From positions 1-38,646 of IMG/VR virus record IMGVR_UViG_3300027609_000001: 38,646 nucleotides of DNA; one strand, 5' to 3'. This DNA is from a virus. Positions 32,557 through 38,646 of the stretch are shown one piece after another. The translations under genes and the position numbers were made by a program. Each line of letters opens with the position of its first letter. Positions within the stretch are counted from its first letter, which is position 1. The notes under the pieces were generated by a model. That model did not search any database, was not told the DNA's origin, and was given only the letters and a program-made list of their open reading frames with translations.

Positions 32557-32649
32557 ATGGATCATGTTCGGCACAGGAACTGAGAGCAACTTGTAGGAGA
32601 AGCTCTGTTGCACAGGGGCCGGGAGACTAGATGTAGTCGTAATAGACAT
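32557..32649 (-). CDS. Major capsid protein, exon 1 of 5
   Basis: ATG 32649 with AGGA 7 nt upstream. MSITTTSSLPAPVQQSFSYKLLSVPVPNMIH, then an in-frame stop immediately inside the intron. Confidence 0.7.
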
Positions 32650-32719
32650 AATTTTTTCCTTGAACTGGAAAATAATTACTCCTTGTAAGCCTATGACAAG
32701 CGTGGTCACCTAGTGCGCT

Positions 32720-33541
32720 ATGCCTACAAAGTATGGTGGCGAGCCACTTTTACGCCAAATGAGGGTTGCGAAGACCTCTAAACGCAGTAAAATTGTAGTA
32801 GGAGACCATGGAGAATGTAAAGGAGTTAGGGATATTTGCGTGAAAAGGATTGCAGAAGATTTTAAACCTGGCCAGATATTGGGCAAATGGACTGTTATAA
32901 GATTCGAAAAGAATGGGGTCCACAGGGCTTGGAGATGCAAATGTATATGCGGAGCCGAACATTTAGTTAGAGAAGTTTATTTATGGGATGGAAGATCTAC
33001 AAAATGCAAAGAATGCGCAAAGCGAGATAAGAATTTTCACAGGTTTGACTTTAAATATGAGATAGGACAGAGATTTGGAACATTGGTCATTACTAAAAGG
33101 TTTAAGAGCAACGATGGCCCCAGGTCGAAGAATAAGTTCGAGTTAGTATGTGACTGCGGCGGAACTGTAACAGTTGATACAGCGCGTATAAACGCTGGAA
33201 AAGTAAAAATGTGCTATAAATGCACTCACAAGCTGGTTGGACAACCTCGACATGGTATGCATGAATCATCTACATATTCCACGTGGGAGCAGATGAAGCG
33301 CAGATGTTACGCTATTAATTATCCTCGATACAAAGACTATGGAGGAAGGGGAATAATCGTTTGCGAAAGATGGCATACATTCGACAACTTTTTGGCTGAC
33401 ATGGGAGAGAAGCCTAATGGGCTTCAGATCGATCGAATAGATAATGATGGACCATATTCTCCTGAAAATTGCCGATGGGTTACTCCTCAAGAGAATATGC
33501 AAAATCGCCGCAATAGCCCCAAGAATAAGCTTGTTACATAA
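32720..33541 (+). CDS. Free-standing HNH-type homing endonuclease
   Basis: Two G..(L/F)G.(W/L).V....(zinc-ribbon CxC...CxxC) repeats. C-terminus [62 protein letters not shown] is typical of phage HNH endonucleases. Opposite strand to all neighbouring genes. Confidence 0.8.
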   Translation: MPTKYGGEPLLRQMRVAKTSKRSKIVVGDHGECKGVRDICVKRIAEDFKPGQILGKWTVIRFEKNGVHRAWRCKCICGAEHLVREVYLWDGRSTKCKECAKRDKNFHRFDFKYEIGQRFGTLVITKRFKSNDGPRSKNKFELVCDCGGTVTVDTARINAGKVKMCYKCTHKLVGQPRHGMHESSTYSTWEQMKRRCYAINYPRYKDYGGRGIIVCERWHTFDNFLADMGEKPNGLQIDRIDNDGPYSPENCRWVTPQENMQNRRNSPKNKLVT

Positions 33542-33574
33542 GGATAATTATCAGACATAAGTTGTCACATAGCA

Positions 33575-33603
33575 GCGGGTGAAAGCTGGAATTATTCACC
33601 CGC
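33575..33603 (+). terminator. Hairpin downstream of the HNH gene
   Basis: gcgggtgaa (33575-83) pairs with ttcacccgc (33595-603), a 9-bp stem. No clear U-tract. Confidence 0.3.
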
Positions 33604-33782
33604 GCAAACTGCGATTGCTCACAGCGTAACAGTCTATTATTTACAGCTTGATCTGAGCAGAGGGTGACTCGAAACTCTAAGCCACCCCCTGACTGAAAGC
33701 CCTGCTGAGCTTTAGTAGTTACCATCAGAGATAATAACAACTGCCAGAGATACTACTATAATTCTTGCGTCTTGCAAAGAGA

Positions 33783-33810
33783 GATGGGCGGCCATTCACA
33801 ACCGCCCATC
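33783..33810. terminator. GC-rich hairpin between the scaffold gene and the HNH/MCP region (possible bidirectional terminator or attenuator)
   Basis: gatgggcgg (33783-91) pairs with ccgcccatc (33802-10). Followed by ttgggtt on the plus strand and ucucuuug on the minus strand. Confidence 0.45.
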
Positions 33811-33863
33811 TTGGGTTAGGAAGGGATAGGGAACCACATTCCTAGCGACGAGACTACTACAAT

Positions 33864-34709
33864 TTAATACCCTTTGCGAGACTCATTCGTCTCTGCCCAA
33901 AGTTGCTTCTTCATCTCAGGTGTCAATTTGCCGCTTGCGAAAGCATTCATGCGCGAAATAGGAGAATCTGCGGTGTTTTGAGCTGAAACAGTATTAAGTG
34001 GTCGCGGCTTAGCAGAATTCTTCTGGATCTTCTCGGATTCTTCAGAAGTGGTATTCTGTTGTGCACTACTTTGAGAAGAGTCCTTTACAATGCCATTAAA
34101 CTTGATCGACTTGTAGGCTAGTGAGAGGGCTGCTTCTGGATTACTTGCTGCTGCTTGAAGTCCTGCTACTGCGTCAGGGTCCATACTATGGAGCGTCTTG
34201 ATATTTTCAGCGTTTACCACACTATCAAAATCAGGATACTTCTGCTTGAGACGCATTTCGACTTCCATATATTGCCGCTGTTGCGTGAATGCTTCTAGCT
34301 GCTTCTTAAGTTCCTTTTGCTCTTTAAGCACTTGCGCCAGATGTTTTCCCTCAACAAGGTCATCTGGATTAAGGTTGAAGTCATCCTTCTGGGCGACTTT
34401 GCTCTCTAGCTCTCGGTATCTCTTTTCGAAGTCGTCGCGCTCACGTTGCGCCTTCTCGGCTTGCTGACGCAGCTCGCGGAAGTTTTTAGCTTGAGCGCTT
34501 TCCTTTTCGGGCGCTTGTTGCTGCGCAGGTATCTGAGCTGCAGGAGCTGAAACTTCTTCTTGATGCGCTGTATTATGCTGCGCAGCTTCTTGTATAACCT
34601 GTTCAGGATTCTCATGGACTGGCTCCGGTATTACTGGCTCTTCAGGAGGAAGTGGTGGCATCGCAATCTCCTTGCGCGCCAAATCTTTTCCTACATTGAG
34701 TTGGTTCAT
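33864..34709 (-). CDS. Scaffolding protein
   Basis: 281 aa, AAGGAG upstream. Highly charged E/Q/K-rich coiled-coil sequence upstream of the MCP. Confidence 0.5.
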   Translation of the reverse strand: MNQLNVGKDLARKEIAMPPLPPEEPVIPEPVHENPEQVIQEAAQHNTAHQEEVSAPAAQIPAQQQAPEKESAQAKNFRELRQQAEKAQRERDDFEKRYRELESKVAQKDDFNLNPDDLVEGKHLAQVLKEQKELKKQLEAFTQQRQYMEVEMRLKQKYPDFDSVVNAENIKTLHSMDPDAVAGLQAAASNPEAALSLAYKSIKFNGIVKDSSQSSAQQNTTSEESEKIQKNSAKPRPLNTVSAQNTADSPISRMNAFASGKLTPEMKKQLWAETNESRKGY

Positions 34710-35236
34710 ATGTACTCCTTAGTATTGTCGGGTGTATCTCGTTCTCCGTTGAGCTTCTTGGCGAGCGTGAAAAGCTTTCCCTTCTTAAAGGAGAGCACAT
34801 ACGACAAGAGTTCATGCTCATCGACATGCACTTCGTTCATATTGGCTATGAGGTGGAAGCAGGCGTCCTGGGAAGGGATGGTCCACAGGTATTCAATCTC
34901 TTCGGTGAGATTGTTGTACCGGAAGACACTCTGGTCATAGTCGGGAGTGGGGCAGGTGTGTCGCGAATAGAAGTAATTACGGAATACATTAGGCAAAAGA
35001 CGCTCATTCTTGGTGATAACTACGATGAAGAATTTCCCGCTGTAAAGTTTGCGATCTTTAAGCGCGCAATCAATAAGATTTTGATAATATTCTCGCGTCA
35101 TCTCTTGTTGTAATGCAACCGCAGATAATTCTTGAGCTCCATTCTGGAATAAATCTAATGCCTCTTGTCCAACAGTTCGCCGCTTAGCCGAAGAAGACTT
35201 GGCCTTGGGAGTTTTAGCGGAGTAGGCTTGATTCAT
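34706..35236 (-). CDS. Hypothetical protein (first gene of the structural operon)
   Basis: ATG 35236 with GAGGT upstream. ATGA overlap with the scaffold gene. Confidence 0.45.
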   Translation of the reverse strand: MNQAYSAKTPKAKSSSAKRRTVGQEALDLFQNGAQELSAVALQQEMTREYYQNLIDCALKDRKLYSGKFFIVVITKNERLLPNVFRNYFYSRHTCPTPDYDQSVFRYNNLTEEIEYLWTIPSQDACFHLIANMNEVHVDEHELLSYVLSFKKGKLFTLAKKLNGERDTPDNTKEYI

Positions 35237-35330
35237 ATCACGTACCTCGTATAAGGTGATATTGACGCCGGAAGCGCAGTGCTTCCTAGCATCGAGCACC
35301 TTATGCATATAATGTGAAGGAGAGCAAGCG

Positions 35331-35924
35331 ATGATTACTCTAACAGTGCCTATTCTTATAGGACTTATTTCAACTGGAATAAGTGGATCATATTATGAAG
35401 CAGATAAGCGAGATTCGCATCACAAGGTGAAAACGGGAAGTATTGTGGAAGCTCATCGGCCAAAGCGGCGTCGACCTTCAGAAGAAGATAATAAGTATAC
35501 GCAGGACAATGATCGAAAGAGGGCGTGGGCGGATGCTGGAAGAGGTAGAGCAATTGTGATGCCACCACGAGGACACGAACAGTTGCGTATCGCAACACGA
35601 AGGCTGTCGACAACCGATACTACGAATGCGCTTGTCATTCATTTGCCCCCACAAGAGGAAGAATCAGTCGATATGTCCGTTGTTGATCTGAGAGGCCATA
35701 TGGAAGCCCAAGATATTGACGAAAGAAGCAGGAAGAGCTGGTGTGATCAGTTAATGGCGATATGCTCAGGATCTCGCAAGCGGCAAGACCCTCTGGCGCC
35801 TCCCCCACTTGCGCGCCAATACTCATATTATCCCGGCCAGATATTATCTCCTGCAACCGGATCGGAACCATTATCTCCCGAATCGGACCGAAGTGATTAT
35901 GTAACGAAAGACGAACAGAGATAA
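35331..35924 (+). CDS. Membrane-anchored, highly charged and probably disordered protein
   Basis: GAAGGAG upstream. N-terminal TM segment ITLTVPILIGLISTGISG, then a basic/acidic low-complexity region (PKRRRPSEED...). Confidence 0.5.
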   Translation: MITLTVPILIGLISTGISGSYYEADKRDSHHKVKTGSIVEAHRPKRRRPSEEDNKYTQDNDRKRAWADAGRGRAIVMPPRGHEQLRIATRRLSTTDTTNALVIHLPPQEEESVDMSVVDLRGHMEAQDIDERSRKSWCDQLMAICSGSRKRQDPLAPPPLARQYSYYPGQILSPATGSEPLSPESDRSDYVTKDEQR

Positions 35925-35932
35925 TGCTGAAT

Positions 35933-35979
35933 ACACCGATCTTTTCGAATTTGAATGTCGACTGGATCGGTGTTTTTTG
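35933..35979 (+). terminator. Rho-independent terminator
   Basis: acaccgatc (35933-41) pairs with gatcggtgt (35965-73), followed by tttttt. Confidence 0.6.
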
Positions 35980-36275
35980 CTCATTGTGTCAATTTGTATA
36001 CGTGATATCCTTAATAATGCGTTCAACTGTTGTATGGAAGCTTGCTTGCTAATCATGCCCCATACAATTAACATGCACTCCTCGCGAGATGCACTGCTTA
36101 TAGGGAGACTCTATGTCTTTTATAATTACTAACCCGTAGTCACGCTCGCTCATAGAGAGCATGATGCCTCGCAACCCCTATGCGACAGGTGTTTTGCGTG
36201 CTTAATTACTGCTTGGAGGAGCAGAGAGACCATTTTGGGGTATTATTAATATTAATTCACAATTGAAAGAAGTAT

Positions 36276-37550
36276 ATGAAAGCAATTAAAAGCAGTGCTT
36301 TGATAATCGGCTCAATGTTGTCATCTGGAATCCTAAATAGCAGTCAATATGACGCCAAGTTATTCAGCCAGCTTCGCAACGCTACGCCGAGCCAGGGAAG
36401 TCATCAGGCGATCCAGCCTCGCAGACTGACGGCGCCAGAACAAGTCTTGGCAGTTGGTCTCATGCGGCAATTTAAAAAGAATTATAAGGCGGCATCTAGC
36501 CTACTTCGCCAAGGCTACGAAGGCCAGGTAAGATTGGGTAAAGATGGAGAGATCCCTGAGTCGTGTATATTACCCCTCAACAACATAGGTAAATGCCCTC
36601 TTTCATTTAAGGATCGTGAATTCTCATCATGTAATACAATGGTTCCTCATGAGAATGTCGATGATATCCTGGGAAGACTTGATGATAAGACTATGGAGCA
36701 ATATTTGACACTGGGTAAAATTGGCGTCAGCAAGGGAAGCGATGAAGCGCTTATGCTGCGATCGTGCATTGGCGGCAGAGGAGGAGGCCCCGCACTTGCG
36801 TACTATGGAGGTATCGCATTTGATGGCATATGGGCATATGCGAGCTGGAAAATAGCCGCTCGCGCGCTCAATAAGCTTCCCGATGTCGCAGACGGAGTAG
36901 CTGAAGGAGCAAAGCAACTCAAGGAGCACGTCTCTAAATTTGTTGGAGAGATGACCAATGAGGATCGCTTTCGAGGAATTGGAAGCCTCAAAGACATTGC
37001 CCACAATCTTTACCTTAGCGATAGGGCTGAATATGACCTTTTAATCAGTAAGGGATTAAAGGCTGAGGCGCTTAATCTCCTCGCCAAAATGGAAAATATG
37101 AGCCACTATACTGAAATCGCCTCAGATATCATTAAGGAAAGGGTCAAGGCTAATACCAAGTCTTACGTCGCCGACAAGCTTCTAAAGCTTCCCAAAGCCA
37201 TGAAGGATTCTATCGAAAAGGGCATTGGAGGCAATATTTTTAGCGACAAACTCCAGGATGTTGCGACAGGAGCGTTTAAACATGGCGCATTTGGCGCCCT
37301 GATTTCCGTAACTTTTCAGGTTGGAAGTAATATCATATCTAATTTAAATGGGCCTGATGGAGGGACTGCGAAGATTATAGGTGGTGTTATCGGGGCATCC
37401 TCAGAACAAGTGTGGGGTGATTGGCTTGATCGACTACTTGAACCATCAGGAATTGCTGCAGTCGCAATGAGTGGATTTTGGTATGGTGGATTAAGATATA
37501 CTGCAAAGACGTTGTTTTGTATGGGCCTCGCGGCCGTGCCAGGATGGTAG
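36276..37550 (+). CDS. Secreted or membrane-associated protein of unknown function
   Basis: 424 aa. Gly/Ser/Ala-rich, weakly hydrophobic N-terminus KSSALIIGSMLSSGIL. Gly-zipper-like hydrophobic segments (GGPALAYYGGIAFDGIWAYASW; GIAAVAMSGFWYGG...GLAAVPGW). Confidence 0.5.
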   Translation: MKAIKSSALIIGSMLSSGILNSSQYDAKLFSQLRNATPSQGSHQAIQPRRLTAPEQVLAVGLMRQFKKNYKAASSLLRQGYEGQVRLGKDGEIPESCILPLNNIGKCPLSFKDREFSSCNTMVPHENVDDILGRLDDKTMEQYLTLGKIGVSKGSDEALMLRSCIGGRGGGPALAYYGGIAFDGIWAYASWKIAARALNKLPDVADGVAEGAKQLKEHVSKFVGEMTNEDRFRGIGSLKDIAHNLYLSDRAEYDLLISKGLKAEALNLLAKMENMSHYTEIASDIIKERVKANTKSYVADKLLKLPKAMKDSIEKGIGGNIFSDKLQDVATGAFKHGAFGALISVTFQVGSNIISNLNGPDGGTAKIIGGVIGASSEQVWGDWLDRLLEPSGIAAVAMSGFWYGGLRYTAKTLFCMGLAAVPGW

Positions 37551-37553
37551 AGC

Positions 37554-37832
37554 ATGATTAATTGGCTTTTATTCTATCACGTTTATCTAGCAGGAAGCTT
37601 AGGACTGATTGTTATTCATCAGTTTTGCAAAGTGCTTCCTCCGAGAACATCGAGAGGATGGATTGTGCTCTTATTAGCGCTGATATCATTATTGGTAGGT
37701 GCATGGTTCTACCTTGAACCACATCTGTATTTTGATCTTAACTCAGTTGCTCAATGGGTTCAGCTAGGAATAGCCGCGATCCTCCAACAAGGAACTACCT
37801 ACATTCTATATGAACGACTGTTGAAAGAATAA
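37554..37832 (+). CDS. Small three-TM membrane protein (holin-like or immunity-like)
   Basis: 92 aa starting 3 nt after the upstream stop. Three hydrophobic helices and a charged C-terminus ERLLKE. Confidence 0.5.
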   Translation: MINWLLFYHVYLAGSLGLIVIHQFCKVLPPRTSRGWIVLLLALISLLVGAWFYLEPHLYFDLNSVAQWVQLGIAAILQQGTTYILYERLLKE

Positions 37833-37841
37833 TACAAGAGA

Positions 37842-37864
37842 GAGGGGGATTTTAGGTCCCCCTC
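37842..37864. terminator. Bidirectional hairpin between convergent genes
   Basis: gaggggga (37842-49) pairs with tccccctc (37857-64), loop ttttagg. Confidence 0.55.
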
Positions 37865-37868
37865 ACAT

Positions 37869-38096
37869 TTACTTACGCTTCTTTGGAATCTTAGCGCCAG
37901 TCTTACGGGCTTCTGAAAGACCTATCGCAAGTGCTTGCTTAGGATTCTTCACTTTGGGGCCCTTTTTAGAGCCGCTATGAAGCTTTCCTTCTTTATACTC
38001 CTTCATGACCTTCTCGACTTTTGCCTTACCCCTTTTAGCGGGCTTTGGAGACGCCTTTTTAGCAGTCTTCTTCATACAATGGGCGCACTTCTTCAT
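37869..38096 (-). CDS. Small basic protein with a DUF6496-like core
   Basis: ATG 38096 with AGGAG upstream. KVEKVMKEYKEGKLHSGSKKGPKVKNPKQALAIGLSEARKTGAKIP matches my recollection of that family pattern (V..F..G.L.SG..G.KV....QA.AI.LSEA...G). Confidence 0.5.
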   Translation of the reverse strand: MKKCAHCMKKTAKKASPKPAKRGKAKVEKVMKEYKEGKLHSGSKKGPKVKNPKQALAIGLSEARKTGAKIPKKRK

Positions 38097-38103
38097 TGAT
38101 CTC

Positions 38104-38253
38104 CTAACGAGTTCTCGTCGTCTGCTGAAACAACAGGACGTTGTTGATCTTGCGCTGCTTGGCATCCGGTTTATATGAGATATTCGCCGGCTTGCCAAGA
38201 ATGTTCCACGCTATCTTCTTGCCTTTTCCGGGCATTCTTATCATAGTTGGCAT
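38104..38253 (-). CDS. Possible 49-aa basic protein
   Basis: GAAGGAGACGG directly upstream of ATG 38253. MPTMIRMPGKGKKIAWNILGKPANISYKPDAKQRKINNVLLFQQTTRTR. Below the ORF-track length cutoff. Confidence 0.35.
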   Translation of the reverse strand: MPTMIRMPGKGKKIAWNILGKPANISYKPDAKQRKINNVLLFQQTTRTR

Positions 38254-38313
38254 CCGTCTCCTTCTCAATTGTTCTCCGCTAGCTGATGTGACTAGCGGAG
38301 CGTGCTTAAATGA

Positions 38314-38646
38314 CTAACAAATACTACATGCGTTAGGCGTGGTTGGCGCTGGCATGTTGGCGCAATCGATCGTTACCACAGGGCAAGGTGGACATGTTGC
38401 ACCAGTTCCGCCTTGAAGCTGCGACAACAGGATGATCTTGAAGAAGGAGTTACCGTCTTCAATTCCTGTGCCAACAATGTTAACAGTACCCTGAACAGGA
38501 GTTCCAGCTCCTGCGAGAACATTGTACGCCATGGTAACAAGATCTCCTTTTTGGAGAGTTATCAAGCTATCAAGAATCACATTTTGTGAGTTGAAGAAGC
38601 TTATAAATGGCGCATATATTTCGCGGACAAGGATCCCATTAACGTA
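38314..38646 (-). CDS. C-terminal part of the wrap-around C1q-like fibre gene (38548..38646 duplicates 1..99)
   Basis: The frame stays open through 38646 and continues in phase from base 99. C-terminus ...GGTGATCPPCPVVTIDCANMPAPTTPNACSIC*. Confidence 0.75.
   Translation of the reverse strand, partial: YVNGILVREIYAPFISFFNSQNVILDSLITLQKGDLVTMAYNVLAGAGTPVQGTVNIVGTGIEDGNSFFKIILLSQLQGGTGATCPPCPVVTIDCANMPAPTTPNACSIC
38548..38646. repeat. Terminal direct repeat, second copy of 1..99
   Basis: Identical 99 nt. Confidence 0.95.

Noticed and set aside
35331-35924. Eukaryote-like features in the 197-aa protein (PKRRRP NLS-like stretch, PPPL, Ser/Pro-rich tail), suggesting an effector of an intracellular-bacterium host.
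   Set aside because: These are short low-complexity motifs that arise easily by chance in disordered basic regions, and nothing in the sequence gives independent evidence about the host.
36086-36108. T7-class promoter look-alike: gagatgcactgcttatagggaga shares ...ACT...TATAGGGAGA with the T7 consensus TAATACGACTCACTATAGGGAGA (14 of 23 positions, including the whole initiation region).
   Set aside because: It occurs only once. The specificity-loop region (-12 to -8) does not match, and the genome has no ORF large enough or similar enough to be a single-subunit RNA polymerase. Most likely chance. It would be worth revisiting only if related phages carry an RNAP.

Overview
The window is a complete, circularly closed genome. 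Bases 1-99 are identical to 38548-38646, so the unique length is 38,547 bp. It looks like a podovirus-like tailed dsDNA phage, or possibly a phage-plasmid. Nearly everything is on the minus strand. Readable genes include the large terminase, a portal with a long C-terminal coiled coil, scaffold, HK97-fold major capsid protein (MCP), several tail or virion proteins, Q/G-rich internal virion proteins and four fibre-like proteins. Two of those fibres have C1q/TNF-like C-terminal domains, and one has a peptidase-S74 intramolecular chaperone. There is also a small replication and recombination set: a wHTH initiator, RusA, two tandem ERF-type annealases on the plus strand, and RHH regulators. I could not recognise a DNA polymerase, RNA polymerase, integrase, tRNA, CRISPR array or reverse transcriptase. 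The strongest finding is that the MCP gene is split into five exons by four group I introns. Each intron shows a P1 pairing with a U.G at the cleavage site, R/S core elements and a terminal G, and splicing restores the reading frame. One intron carries a LAGLIDADG homing endonuclease gene in antisense orientation with its own sigma70-like promoter. A free-standing HNH endonuclease gene sits just upstream of the MCP. Other observations: (1) a family of GC-rich structured elements in the intergenic gaps, with one compensatory base-pair change; (2) a tail fibre built from three tandem copies of a module that normally occurs once before the S74 chaperone; (3) a fibre gene that wraps across the contig ends; (4) two plus-strand cargo cassettes of unknown function, one of which may be the missing lysis cassette; (5) ori-like iterons inside the initiator gene. 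All functional calls come from motif recognition by eye. No searches were run.
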